Below, piece by piece: positions 24,679 through 38,199 of a DNA stretch of 64,000 nucleotides. Positions within the stretch are counted from its first letter, which is position 1; each line of letters starts with the position of its first letter. Source of the DNA: Sphagnum compactum (Eukaryota). The stretch is from the NCBI GenBank assembly GCA_965153455.1, contig OZ234493.1, positions 2,108,001 through 2,172,000 of the forward strand, in the 5' to 3' direction. The notes below the pieces were generated by a model. It was not told the DNA's origin, ran no database searches, and saw nothing but the letters and a program-made list of their open reading frames with translations. The position numbers and the translations under genes were made by a program.

Positions 24679-27600
24679 GATATTCGCTAGTATTGCGACA
24701 TTTAAAAAATGAAAAAAAAAAATTGTTGTCACACGCAGTGTTGCCATACTTGTTCATGATATCATTGCCCACCTCTGCCCTGCATTCCTTATTCAAGAAA
24801 AAAATTATGAAGTCAAGATCCTGACAATAGTTGAAGAATACAATTACAAAATTTTATAAAGTCAAACCCCTAACAATAGTTGAGGATCAACATACAACAA
24901 TGATCTTTCGAGTGTTTGAAGGCATAAGTAAGTTCATCAAATAACCAAATTGTTGTTGTGATCATTTGTATCCAGGAATGTATTGTTCTACAAAAAACAT
25001 ATGGAATCATAAATACATATGGGGAGTATAAAAGGAGCATACATACCCATATAGTTAAGGTTGTCAATGGCAAGAGGACTCCAAGCAACCCAAATGAGGT
25101 AACCAGGAGCCATAATGTTAGGTTTCCATACATCAACATTATCAAATTGGAAGTCTGCAAAATCTTGGCCCTTTGATGAAAACAAAGTGACTTGCTATGC
25201 TTGACCATTATATCTTCACCTCTATACCAAAAAGAATAGGCTTTCCATGTGCATCTTTCTTTGTTTACTTGTCATAATACCCAAGTAACACTTGTTACAC
25301 AATGAAAAATAGAAATGACAATTCCATATTAACACAACCCAACACATGATGAAATGCATGAGTCGGAAAAAAGACTACAAAAGGCATGATTGGACAAGAT
25401 AATCAAGCAAATGAACTTGATGTCGAAAACATCGTTGTGCACTTGCTCCAAGCCATCGAAGTATAAATGTGACAGACTCTCCATGATGAACAACCTCTCA
25501 CGGACACAACTTTCCATTTGTGATGAGGTTCCTCTCTCTCTCTCCACCTTTGCAGTCTCTTGTTGCATCTTCTCCACAAGCTTCTGTAGATTCTCAATTT
25601 CCACATGCGTGTAAAAGAAACAAAGGTAAAATTTTTTAATGAGGCTTCCAAAATTCTTTTCTTTTTTGTTCAATTGCAAAGATAGAAATAGAAGTTTCAG
25701 AAGCATTGAACTGGTTTTGTAATCATACACAACAATAACACAAGTGGAAACCTTCTTGTTCAGAAGCTCTTCTTTTGCCACTAGAAAGAACCACTACTCT
25801 CACCTTCATAACTTTATCAACTTTCTCGAAACTTTGAATTTCAAGCTTTGTGTTGGATCCTTCATCTGTCAGCTTTCGCACGAAGTGCTAGAAATCCTCT
25901 TGTATTGCTGCAACATCCTTTGACACATACTCAAATGTCTCTGTCCACCTTTAGCTCCAAATGCGTGCACATAAAGAAAGAAAAAAAAACAAAAACAAAA
26001 AAACAAACACACCAACCAAAAACCAGAAAATTAAATTAAAAAATTTATTAAAAATAAAAGGTCAATATATAAACATTACATATTGTAACTTTGGGCTTCT
26101 CTTTTTCCTCCTTAGTGCTGACTTCCTTAGTCTCCTACAGAAAGTAGACAACATTCCATGGTTTGAAACAAACTTTGTAACTCCACTCAGTTTTGGTTTC
26201 ATTCCCTCCGGTGATCCAAGTTGTAACTCTTAATTATCTGATCTACTCACTAATGCACCATATTACATTATGTATTGCATAGATGACCAAACAAAACGAT
26301 TAATTCACAGATGTATACAAATTCACATAATGTCAAGGAAATCCTATGACATCTCATCTCATGCATCTTTGTTTCCACATAAGAAACCTTCTAATTGCAT
26401 CATCCTCAAATTCTTTGGATTCACAGCCAGAGGAGAATATCCTCTTGATTAGGTCCTTTAACGGGTTGTTCATTGATACTAAAAGATTCCCGTACTGCTT
26501 TTGGTATTCAAGTGGATCACTTATTTTGGAAAGTGGCCTCTCAAACCCTAAACTCATAATAAGGCTACTTCAGTGGTCATAAAATAATAGAATGCCACGA
26601 AAGCCAAAGCTGGTCATAAATAGATATTACCTTGTAAATCCAATTAGTGTCACCATAATCAAGTTCTCAGAATGACCCATTCTTTGTATCATCCTTGATG
26701 AGTTCGTAACCCAAAAGAGGGAACCTTTGTAGTAGCGAATCGATCTTGATGCTTGTCTCACTCTCACTTGCTAGCTTCAATGCTTCTTGCTTTTTGGAGT
26801 TCATGTTGCTTCAAACTCCTAACCCTAGAGTTCCTATCCAAAGTGTGCAAAAGAGCAAATTGCCTCAGTTTGCACTATGGCTTTTCACAACCTAGAAATT
26901 CCATAATCACAAGAAATTACCCAATCTTGGCAATTTTTAACACAAAACTTGCTTCCAACAATCATCATCAAATTGTTTTTTCTTTTGTGTTTGGTAAATT
27001 GTAAAAAACCAATATCCAAAACTGGTTTTTCAGAACCCTATTTCCAAAATCTAGAAACCCTAATGCAGAGGTGCAAACTAAAAACAATAACTTCGCAAAA
27101 CACATTTTGAAGAAAAAACATTGCAGAAGAAAGAAAAGCTCACAAACTCTAGCCTTAACTATTATTATATTTTCTTCTTCACTAAGAATTGCAAGAAGTA
27201 GTATACTACATAGGAATTGTCAACAAAAGGCACCAAAAATAGACACACAAAACAATCCGCATATGGCAAAGATTTCTAGCACATTCAGAACTTCTTCATA
27301 GATCCTAGATCTTATTGCATGCAAATGTGACCTAGGAGTAAAAGAATCTATTACCCCTATAATGGTCATGTCATCAAAAGACCTATTGAAACCTAGTTCT
27401 ATTATCTCTAGTTGTGCTCTTCTTAGTCCAGGAACATCTGCAACAATGTCATGCTCAAGGCACTTGGGGCGATGATAGCTAGTGAGCACATCGGTTACAT
27501 ATGCGCAACTGTGCATGTTGCTTTCTCTCTCAACGCAATTCTTGTGCATTGGTAGACCTCACTAACTAGACAAGCTGGTGCATATTTCCATTTCTCTTAT

Positions 27601-27756
27601 TCAACTAGTGATTGCATGCATGTAGCAACCCCTACTGCTACTAGCTCCAGTTTCCCTATAGTGAGGAAATAGATTCAAACTCTTGTTTATTCTCTCTAGT
27701 CACATGAATTCTTCTTGCTCATCCTTCCACACATCAACTACTATACATGAAAGAGG

Positions 27757-28212
27757 AAAAAAAGACGTATGGGACCACACAACAATGGCACATGAACACT
27801 TGCAAAAAAGACATATTGGACTACACAAAAATGGCACATGAGTGCTTGCCAAAAAGACATATCAAACTAAACAAAAATGGCATGTGAGTGCTTGTAAAGA
27901 AGACATATGGGACTACACAAATATAACACATGAGGGCTTGTGAAAAAGACATATGGGACTACACAAAAATGGCACTTGAACACTTGTGAAAAAGGCATAT
28001 GGGACTAATACAAAATTGACACATGAATGGTTGTGAAAAAGACATATGGCACTACACAAAATTGGCACATGAATGCTTGTGAAAAACACATATGGGACTA
28101 CACATAAAGGGCACATGAGTGCTTGTGAAAAAGGCATATGGGACTACACAAAATTGGCACATGAATGCTCATGAAAAAGACATATGGGACTACACAAAGT
28201 TGGCACATGAAC
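27757..28212. repeat. Tandem minisatellite, ~46-bp unit, ~10 copies
   Basis: Consensus ~AAAAAGACATATGGGACTACACAAAATTGGCACATGAATGCTTGTG, repeated head-to-tail with substitutions. Confidence 0.92.
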
Positions 28213-28802
28213 AATTGCTTCTTATTATTCCTAGGAAATTTTGGAAACAACGTCTAGCATTTTGCCATGCAAATTTTCTACTTCCCAACGAAAAGAAAAA
28301 CGTGATTAGTGGAGGTAAAGAAATAAAAGAGAGAGGGGTTTTCTTTTGTACCTATAATTGCTTCAACCAAAGGATGCCTAACCATTCGTACGGCTTCTTC
28401 AGCTTCTACCATGCTGGTGTTTGAGTCGATGGAGCACCTTACCATAGCAGAGACCGCCTTAGCACATGCATGGTGAAGTTTGTTGTGGTGAGCTTCCATT
28501 TATTGATAAAGATCGCATTATGGTGGCCATTATTTTTGGGAGTTGTGAGATGATTAACTTGCCATGGACTCATGCCATTTCTCCATAAAGAGAGATGGTG
28601 TACGAGCGTGAACCTCTTTCGCTTGCCTTTTTGGACTCTGCTACCTTTTGCCAAAAACCTTCTTTTTTTCAAAAAAAAGATAAAGAAGATGCTCATAAAA
28701 TCTCTTTTAGTGAAACCAAATGTATTTCCTAAGAAAATAGAATGGCAAACCCTATCTATTAACGCATGCTGTGAGTGTTTCGCACATCAATGATGCATAT
28801 TT

Positions 28803-28911
28803 CACTAGAAGAAAAACCCCATTTTTCGACTTGTCTTAGGCGACTAAAAGTGTCTTTTGCGACTATTTAGTCGCCCAAGACAAGTCGAAAAATGGGGTTT
28901 TTCTTCTAGTG
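28803..28911. mobile_element. 109-bp miniature CACTA (En/Spm) element
   Basis: CACTAG...CTAGTG ends, 46-bp inverted arms with one mismatch, 17-bp spacer, and 3-bp TSD TTT (28800-28802 / 28912-28914). Confidence 0.9.
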
Positions 28912-29719
28912 TTTGAAGCTGATAGTCCAAGAGCCTAAATCACTACACCAAAATGCATCTTAGTTCCTCTAGGTCTCATTAGATTCTGAGTGAATTTATA
29001 CATTTTTACCATGATGAAATTGGTCAACCCCTAAGTGAATGGGGACTAGTTGCTACAGATAGTGAATTGGTTCATTAATATGTAGTGAAACAAGGTTACT
29101 CTCAAGTGAAATACAAATTTACCAAGCCATTCATTTGTTAGTTAATTAACTAGGCATCATAGAAATCAATTAAATTTAAATTATTTATTATATAATATTA
29201 TTGATAATTTCATGATTTTTAAACCTATGAATTATTGACACGTGTCATTACCTAGGCTAGGTTAGGTATGCAGACCACGTAATCAACCTAGGGCACCTAC
29301 TCTAAGAAATTAGATAGGAGAATATTCAATCATCTTACGACTATTGACCACGCACACACCACTTGTGAGGTTTGATCCTTGACCTTTAGAATGGAAGCAA
29401 ACACCCCTATCATCAAGCCACCCCACTTGTGATAATATGTTACATTGCATTCTATTTATCAACTACTTCATTTTAAACATTACAAAAACATGAATTCTGA
29501 ATATTCATATTTTATTGAGATTTTGTCCAAATGAAATGATTCGAATTTACTTTTAAAAAAAATTCAATAATGTACATAATTACATTTATTTCCTTTTGAA
29601 AATGTAAAATCATTTGAACAAAAAAAAATTTGAATATCATTATTCAATAATATTTCAATGACCATTTTTTTGAAATTAAAAAATGTTAAATAAATGGATA
29701 ATTTTTTTGCTAATATAAT

Positions 29720-31150
29720 AATACTACCTATGTTAGGCTATTTTCAGGTATTATAGGGCTACTTTTCATTAATCTAAATTATTTCGCCCTACATTATTTA
29801 CAGTTATTTATGGTTATTTTCAATTACTTTTGGCTATTTTTGGATATTTCACCTTAGGCTATTTTTGGCTATTTCACCTTAGGCTATTTTTGGCTATTGT
29901 AAATTATTTTTGGCTATTCTATGCTATTTTTGGTTATTATAAATTATTTCACTTTAGGCTACTTGTAGCTATTATAAATTACTTTTGGCAATTCTAAGCT
30001 ATTTCATCTTAGGTTATTTTTGACTATGTGAATTTATTGTTGGTTACTTTTGGCTATTGAAGGCTATTTCACCTTATGTTATTATTGGTAATTCTAGGCT
30101 ATTGTAGGTTATTTCACTTTAAGTTACTTTTGCTTATTGTAGATTATTTCATCTTAGATTATTTTTGGTAATTTTAAATAATTTTAATATATGGCTATTA
30201 GTTATTCTTTTATTGGGGCTATTGGTGACTATTAATGGTTATTGGTAGCTATTTTATTGGTGGCTATTAGTGATTATTAATGGTTATTTTATTAATGGCT
30301 ATTGGTGGCTATTCTATTAATGGCTATTGGTGGTTAAATTACCATAAGCTATTGGTGGCTATTTTATTAGTGGTTATTGGTGGCTATTCTATTGTAGGCC
30401 ATTGGTGGTTATTTTATTAGTGGCTATTGATAGCTATTCTATTGGTGGCTATTTTATTAATGGCTATTGGTGGCTATTCTATTGTAGGCCATTGGTGGTT
30501 ATTTTATTGGTGGTTATTGATAGCTATTCTATTGGTGGCTATTTTATTAATGGATATTGGTGGCTATTCTATTGGTGTTTTTTTGTGGCTATTAGTGGCT
30601 ATTATATTGGTGGTTATTAATGGTTATTTTATTAATGGCTATTTAATTGGTGGGTATTAATGGTTATTTTAGGTTATATTATAACTATTAGTGGCTGTTG
30701 TATTATAAATTATTGTTGGTTATTCTATGTTATATTGCAACTATTAGTGACTATTATATTATAAATTATTGTTGGATATTCTAGGTTTTATTATCATAGG
30801 TTATTGGTAGTTATTCTATTGTAGGATATTCTAAATTATTTTTCATAGGCAATATATTGGCTATTCTAGATTATTTTACCTTAGGTCATTATATTTTGTT
30901 TTAAATTACTATATTTAAGATAAAATAACTTATAATAATATAAATTACAATGACCTTGAATAACCTAAAGTATAACTTGAAATAACATATATTAACTTAA
31001 AATAAAAATAACTTAAGGTATAGCCTAAGGTTAGTTGAATAATTTAATTTAAAATACTTAAAAACCTATAATAACTTATAATAACATAAGGTATAAGTTA
31101 GAATAACTAAAGTAGCTTAAAATAATATATAATATATTATAAATTAACAT
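29720..31150. repeat. Low-complexity GGCTATT/GGTTATT degenerate repeat tract
   Basis: Hundreds of bases of ggctatt/ggttatt variants. Orientation flips to aataacct-type motifs near 30920. Confidence 0.8.
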
Positions 31151-32259
31151 ATATAGGGTATAAATATATTTATTATAATAAATAATAATAATAAAACACA
31201 ATGTTTACATAGTGATACCATAATGAAATAACTTTAACCATAAAATGCAATGAACTAATTTCACTTTTAAAGTCCCATAGTGATTTAAGCTAGTGAACTG
31301 CACCCCACTTTTGTAGTAGTGAATGGTTTCTTGTTTATGGGCTTGACACAATAGCAACACATTCTTTCAATGGACAAAAGAGGGTAGTTTGACGAAAAGT
31401 AGTAGCAACAACATAAGGATGTGAAAGAGGTTAATGGATTAGCACAAAAAAAAAGGCAGAAAAGTTGGCTCCAGATTCTCCATAGAGTGTTTGAAAGAGT
31501 CCATGGCAATGCGATGACTTTTTCCATCTTTATCAACCTTTGTCAAGTCTTGTTTTATCATCAGACTCATATTTTACATCCCTCTTCCTTCTTCCTTCAT
31601 TTTTTCCATTCTGAAAATAATCGTGCAATGAGCATGCACAAATGGATGCACATAGAAACAAAAGAACACTACAAATTTAACAAAAAAATGTAGAGGGTGT
31701 TATATAGACAACAACAAAAACATCGAAAGTTTCGTTCGTAAATGCGCATTTCTTCGAAACAAATCAACATTCGATAAATGTTATTATGGGAATTAGACAA
31801 TTTCAAATTGTCATCAATAGAAAGGAAACGAAAACGAAAGAATGAAAGAGACAGTGCACGTTAAAGACAAAGAATGCACACTCATTTTGCTTCAATGCAA
31901 ATGAATTACAAAATATAAAACCTCATAAAACTTCCAAAAGTGGGAAAAAAAAACTAAGACAAAAAGGCATTCATTAAAGATCACGAGGCGCAGAATCACA
32001 ACAACATGAAAATGATCTTCATAGCTTTCAAATCGTTGCCAAAAAATGACCAAAAACAAAAACAGCCCAAACTTTCATTATTCCGACACATAATTGTTAA
32101 AAATGGTCATTCTGATGCATAAATTGTTAATTAGGCGACCATTTGTAATTGTCATGGTCAATGACCATGGTGTAATCATCTTAATGACAAAAAAGAACCT
32201 TATACTTGATCTATATAAATCAGTTCCAATTATAATCGTCACTGAAATTTTCAACAGCA

Positions 32260-32605
32260 AAAAATCACTTAAGAATCAATATCTCCCACATTCTGAATCC
32301 AAATCTTACCAAATAAATTCCATTAAATCTTGTTCATCAAGATCTTTCCAAGAACACCAAATGCACATTCCAATTCCTCCTAAAGTTTTTGCTGCAATTT
32401 AATTTCGTTTTCAATGAAAAAATCATTCAATATTCAAGAACTTTTGCATCGCAAGTCCAAACATCGTGGAACCAAGCCCATGCGCCCCTCGTCGTTGAGA
32501 GCTTTCCAAAGAAGCCAAGAACATGATGATCTGGAGCATCCCTGTTTGGTGGATCTCAAAGCTACAAAACAAAACAAACTACTTTCTTTCATAGATAGAT
32601 AGATG
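32260..32605. repeat. Dispersed repeat, copy 2 (same family as 11750-12040)
   Basis: Direct sequence similarity to 11750-12040. Both copies give the spurious ORF 'KKSFNIQEL'. Confidence 0.8.
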
Positions 32606-35600
32606 ATATTTATAGTAATTCAAATTAAATTTGCCATTGACATAAATAAAAAAAATGATGAACTAGTGAAAAACAAATGGGAACATAAGAAAAAGAGGAA
32701 AAAAAGTAAATTGATCATCTCTGGTAGTGCGGAGCCCAAGTTAATTATTGGACGGACATGAACCCCCCGCCTTTAGTCTGTTGGGTACTGAAAAGTTGGG
32801 ATGTTGTTATACCTTTTGGTTTTCCTCATTGACCATTTGACACCCACGTGAATTGGAATCACAGTCCAAGTCACAGTCCAAGTCTCAAACCGTGCTTGGA
32901 AAAATCTGAATCCAAATGTCTATTGGATCGTGAGACAGGCAGGCTCTTCACTCCACTACGCTTTTTGTGGTTGCACCTCGATTGATTATCAGGACCTCAA
33001 ATGAAGAAGGAGAGCGGAAGGGAATTGTCGGCCGATACCTGCGGCGGCTTTACAGTTGGGAGGAGACTGGACAGCCTTTTTAAAATTTATTTGACTATAT
33101 CTTAAATTATCGTCAAATTCTGGCTATTAAAAATCTCCAAAAAAAAAGGGATAATTTTAGACCTTTTATCTTTTAAAATAAATTTTTTGGCTATATACCA
33201 AAAATCTATTTTAAAAGCTAAAAAAAGCTGAAATCATGCTTTTTTGGGGAGATTTTGAATAGCCAGAATTTGACAAAAAATTAAAAAAAATTCATTCACA
33301 AATTTTCTATACAACATTCAATAGTAGCCAAAAATATAGATGGATGTTAATTTTTTTAATTTTTTTTTTCCATATTTGACTAAATCTTCAAGTGGATCTG
33401 GACTACTTTGAGTACAAGACAAAATTGACCAAAATAAAAATAAAAATAAGTGACCACTGAGACTTGTGCACCCAACCAAATGGCTTCTTTTGTGTGTAAG
33501 TCGGTCCCTGTCAATGTTGGGCAGGTACCTTCTTAGGTGGGGTAATCACGGTCGGTTTCGGTTAGTAAGAACCGAATCATCGGAATCTGATATTTGTTTT
33601 TCCTTAAAAAATCGGACCCCCCAGAATTGGGTTTCTGGTTCTATTATAGCCACAGAACTGGAACTAGAATTAAGGGTTTTGAAAAAGGTGACCTGAATCG
33701 GAAGTTAAATAAAAAAAATCGACCTTCAATTCGAGTCCAAATAAGTCGGTTAGAGTTAAGTGTCGGTTTGCAATTATTTTGATTTTTTAAATAGTTACAA
33801 ATAAAAGACTTTTTACTTGATATAACTTGTAAAATTATTTTATTTTATTATTATTTTTGTTCTAGAGTAATTCATGTGTCCTAAGGTGGAACCCAAAGAC
33901 ATATAATTTTTTTTGTCCTATCCAAAAGGCAAAAGACTTGGTCCTTGGGAAATTGGCCTGCACACCCTAGAATTTGGGCTTCTTAGTTTTAGAATGTCTT
34001 AAAATAAAACTCACGACCATAAGGTTTGAGAGCCTAGGACAAAAGGATTTATTTCAAGGCCAAAGCCTTCAATTGCTTTTCCAATCCTAACATGCTAAGT
34101 AAGGTCTAGGATGTGAAGAATGAATATATTGGCTCTAGGACTTGCAAACTAATTCAAGGCCCAAAAAAATACTGACCTTAATAAGCACCTTAGGCTCAAC
34201 AAGATTCTAGTAACCCAAAGCCTAAAAAGATTCAAACTTCAAACCTTATGGGATTCTAGCCCTAGGTCCAAAAAGACTCTAGCTTGATCTTTAAAAAAAA
34301 AAAAAAACTATAGGGCTAAAAAGGTTTGAATGTCAAGTCTAAATAGATTCTAAATCTAGGCCTAAACCCTAAATTCTAGCACTAGGCCCAAAAAAAGTAT
34401 GTACTCTTAAAAGACTTTAACTTGAGAGACTACCCTAAGCCCTTGAAAGGTTCTAACTTGAAGCCTTAAATGATTTAAACCCTATGCCCAAATTCTATCC
34501 TTAAACCTTAAGAAGATTTTAACTCTAGCCTCAAATAAAATTTAACTTTTATGACTATAAAGATTCTCAGCCTTACCTTGGCTTGGATAGATTCTAAGCC
34601 TAGGCTCAAGAAAGTTTTAACTTGAAGCCTTAAAAGATACAAAAGTCTTGTGAGCACCCTAAGCCAAAATTATTATGAGTATTTTAAGTCAAATAAATAA
34701 TCCTAAATAACAAACCTAAAGGCGTATGTATGAACACCTTAAGACAAATGTCTCGCAAAGAGCATGAGTCAAATGTCCTTGGGCCAAATGTGAAATCACC
34801 CTAAACCATAGAAAGAAAAACACATTATTTAAAATATTTAATTTGTTGTGGCCTAGTGTAAGAGTGTAATAAGCCACATAATTTAAACAGAAGCCACAAA
34901 AAACATGTTTTGATTTGAGCTTAGTTAGGGTCAAAATATTTTTGAAAATATTGGCCTTGGGTAAGAATGTTTTTGAGTATTTTGGCTTAGGGTTATTAGA
35001 ATAGGCATTCTAGGCATCTGGGCTTAAGAATTAAAATATTTTTAGTATCTTGGCCTGGGACTGACCAATTTGGCTCTTTTTGCATTCCATACTAGTGCCC
35101 TTGTTCCCATGCCCAAAATCATACAACACATCTCCAACACACTTGGAAATCTCATTCAACAAGTTAAAGACAATAGTGCCTTTCCCACATTAACATAACT
35201 CCTTTTCCACCAGGCCTTCCCCCTACCCAAGCAACCAGCTCCCCCAGAAGCATCACAAATTATGTGGCAGTAGGTACCTGCACCAGTTGAGCTCCACAAA
35301 AAGGGGGAAAAAAAAATGAAAATGAAAAAGAAAAATGTATGTAGGTAAGTAAGTTGGTAGGGAAGTGGGTGAGTACCTAGCGATCGGCTTTTTGAATTAG
35401 GCACGTATTTATTTTATGGCCAGTGTTTTTTTCCCCATTTTTTTATATCCAAATTTTAGCAAAATTTAACCCAAAAAAAAAGTGAGCAAAATGATTCAAA
35501 TTTACATTATAAATAATCCAAAATGTTCCCAATTTCTTTGTCAAAAATAGAAAAAAAAATTCTCAAAAAGAAAAACATTGGCAAAATAATAGTTGCATCA

Positions 35601-36381
35601 CAACAAAGAAGAAAAAAATAAAAATAAAAATACATAGGTAGATAAATAAATAGGTAGGTAGATAGGTAGGTAGTAGGTGATGCACTTTTTGGATTCCAAG
35701 TTTAGCTTGTTCCATTAAATCAGGACCTGAATTTACGGTCCTAAATTTAGGACCTCCAAATATGAGCTTGAAAAAAAAGGATCTCAAAAAGACACCTGGA
35801 TTAAGACCTCGTGATTCAAAAGCCTTTCTTCTTCCTCCCTTGCTCCTCTCATCCGCTGCACTTCCTTTGCACTTGTGGAAGCTCCATCGCCGCCCATTGC
35901 CATCTCTTTCTTCTGTCTGTCTCTGTCTCTCTTCTCCTGTTTCTTTTTTCCTTACAGCAGAAAAGATTTCCTTGTTGTTTTTGACTTGTTTTCAAGAAGC
36001 GGAACGACCTTCTCGGAGGATTATTTGGTTGAGAAAGTCAGAATCTTCTTCCCATTTTTCTCCACTCTTGCTTTTGGTTTTTTTCTTCTCATGGACGTCT
36101 CCTCCATAGAGCGAGAGAGAGATATGTATATAGAGAGGTAGAGAGATTTTGAAGCAGAATGGTCGTTGGAAAATGTTGTTGCAATTTGGAAGAGTTTGTG
36201 GAAGTTCGGAGGAGTCGTTGTTGTTTTTGACTGTCCACCGGCTTTCAGGTTTCTTTGTCTCCAGTTGTTACTGACGTTTGGTGGAGGAACTTTGAGTGCT
36301 GCGGGGCTTGGTTTACAATCTTGGCGAGATCGGTCTAGAATTTGGTGTAAGGAATTGCTGGGAATTCTTTTGCAACAAGGC

Positions 36382-37482
36382 ATGACAAATCAGGCGTCTT
36401 CTTCTTCTTCTTCTTCTTCTTTGTTATCGTCTCTCGGTTCCGTCCTGCCGCACTTTTCTTTGCATCGCGCGACCAATGTGTTGCCGAAGCGGCATCCGGC
36501 GTTACAAAACTTCGAGAGCAGGCTTGCGGAGAAGCTGGAAGCGTTGAAACTAGCAGGGGAAGAGCTAGGGTTTCTTAGCATCGACTGGTTTCTTCAGTCC
36601 ATGACTGTCGTGCTCGCCTCGCATTCAAACGTCGAGGCTCTGATCCCAGACCTTCAGTTCCCGCTGTCAGACAAAGACGATAAGTGGATGGACGAGTACC
36701 TTGACGATAGTGCCAAGCTCCTGGATGTGTGCAATGTGTTGAAAGAGGGAATCTCGGATGTAGAGCACTATCAGATGCTTGTGCAGGTTGCGCTTGTGAA
36801 CCTCGACAACAGAGAAAGCTTCAGCGAGGCAAAATACCATCGTGCTAGAAATGCGTTACAGGATTGTAAAGAGGCTATCAAGACGAAGGATACAGAGTAC
36901 AAGCAAGGCCAGCCCAAGTCCAAGCTTGAGAATTGCAGCTCCATGCTACGCACTATGGGGGAGAAGCTTGTGAATCCCAAGGGTATCGATGCTGTGAAAG
37001 GGAATGGCTTCCTGAATGCTATATATGGTGCCAAGGTAACCACCATCTTCCTCTGTGGCTTGCTGGTCATTGCTCTGGCTTGCAAGCCAAAGAGACCTCT
37101 AGTAAACCTAAGTGTGACAAACCAGTATCTGTGGTCATCCTCTCTCCTCAGCTTGCAACATACAGTCAAGGAGGAGACAGATAAACGCAAGAACGGAGGT
37201 TCAATTGCGCTACTCTGTGAGCTCGACAGTGTGGATTCCTCAGTCCGAAGATTGCACCAACTCATTGACCGAAACTTGTCGGAGAAGAAATTCCCCTTGC
37301 ACAAAGATCAAGCAGGGGAGCTGAGACAGCTAGTTGAAGATTTGAGCAAAAACTCAGCACATCTTGGCAGTGGATTGGGACCTCTGGAGCAATATGTGAA
37401 CGAGCTTTTCAGGATACTGATAGACAGCCGTCTCCGCCTGCTAGACATTCTAAGCAAGTCGAAGAAGAGGCAAGCAATCTGA
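36382..37482 (+). CDS. BPS1-like: BYPASS1-like (DUF793, BPS1/ROH1 family) protein, 366 aa, intronless CDS
   Basis: 'LQNFESRLAEKL...FLSIDWFLQSM...SHSNVEALIPDLQFPLSDKDDKWMDEYLDDSAKLLDVCN' and C-terminal 'GLGPLEQYVNELFRILIDSRLRLLDIL' match BPS1. The first ATG at 36382 follows a likely UTR-intron acceptor. Confidence 0.9.
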   Translation: MTNQASSSSSSSSLLSSLGSVLPHFSLHRATNVLPKRHPALQNFESRLAEKLEALKLAGEELGFLSIDWFLQSMTVVLASHSNVEALIPDLQFPLSDKDDKWMDEYLDDSAKLLDVCNVLKEGISDVEHYQMLVQVALVNLDNRESFSEAKYHRARNALQDCKEAIKTKDTEYKQGQPKSKLENCSSMLRTMGEKLVNPKGIDAVKGNGFLNAIYGAKVTTIFLCGLLVIALACKPKRPLVNLSVTNQYLWSSSLLSLQHTVKEETDKRKNGGSIALLCELDSVDSSVRRLHQLIDRNLSEKKFPLHKDQAGELRQLVEDLSKNSAHLGSGLGPLEQYVNELFRILIDSRLRLLDILSKSKKRQAI

Positions 37483-38199
37483 GTTTTTGCAGCATCTGAG
37501 GAAAAGCAAAATGTGCAATTGGTGAACAGCAGTGCACTTGCTGCTTTTCCCTCCAACAATCCCACTGAAGAAATGGCTGCTATAGAAGCTGCTCTCCTTC
37601 TCCTTCCCTTTGAGCCAATGTCCCCTTTTTTCTCAATTGTGTATATGAGGAAGAAGCTGAGGAATGAGCCAAACTTAGAAACCTTGTATGATATGTACTG
37701 GCAAGAGGATTGGACACTATGTATACAAGTAATTTACCTTCTTGCAGATTGTTAGGTCATATTTTCAGAAATACGCGTACCCAAATAGATAGATCAGCAG
37801 CATGTATGGGAATCAAATACAAAGAAACAAGTTCATTTGTAAAACTCTGCTTAAAAACAGAATATTGCACAGTTTTGTTTAGAGGCTTGTGACTACCTTC
37901 ATTGCAGAAGGAATGTTGACAGGATAAGTAAGAGAAGTGGGTGGGGCTCCTTGATCCTTGATGTAGGAGTTTTGTTTGCAGTTGATTAATGCCATGTTGT
38001 GCTATATCAATGCAAATTTTCCAACAGTTTCTCTTTATTCACAAATGCATTGAAAATGGTGGTTTTTGTTGGTTCTAGGTTTTGTGATCTTATCAGAGAC
38101 CATGGATTGAGCTCTTGTTACTGTTGTGCGGCCTTTCAGAATCCCCTTTTTTATTTGCTAAGTTTGTTCATACTGTTTTCAAAATTAGGAAATTCAGTT

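Larger units (their letters stand above)
17190..24725. mobile_element. hAT-type MITE (~250 bp of own sequence) split by the LTR retrotransposon
   Basis: 8-bp TSD TTGTCGCA (17182-17189) / TTGTCACA (24726-24733). Termini are CAATGTTTTTTT...AAAAAAAATTG. Related CAGTGTTTTT...AAAAACATTG elements occur elsewhere, e.g. 35421-35580. Confidence 0.75.
16363..25290 (-). pseudogene. Subtilisin-like serine protease (SBT2-like), 3' part only, interrupted by nested transposons
   Basis: Exon ~25290-25047 'LFSSKGQD...VWKPNIMAPGYLIWVAWSP'. Exon from 24779 'WAMIS*TSMAT' (GTSMA motif with GGA>TGA) resumes at 17189 'SLDALLK..WSPTTLASVMMITT..DRNGKP..TPFNMGSGVLNINDALNTGIVFDAG'. Last exon 16779-16363 'DYIGFL...DLNMRSITLANL...RMVMNVA...FKGNLGHTVRI'. 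GT-AG introns are retained. Confidence 0.9.

Noticed and set aside
27757-28212. CRISPR-like periodic array
   Set aside because: Whole units are homologous with no unique spacers, there are no cas genes, and the context is eukaryotic. It is a minisatellite. The same applies to 52125-52390 and 59538-59917.
30402-30660. Hydrophobic repeat ORFs resembling membrane proteins
   Set aside because: They are translations of the GGCTATT low-complexity tract.
36166-36381. 72-aa N-terminal extension of the BPS1-like ORF in the ORF track
   Set aside because: It starts at TTG, has no family similarity, and lies in a probable 5'-UTR intron (GT at ~36138, AG at ~36379).
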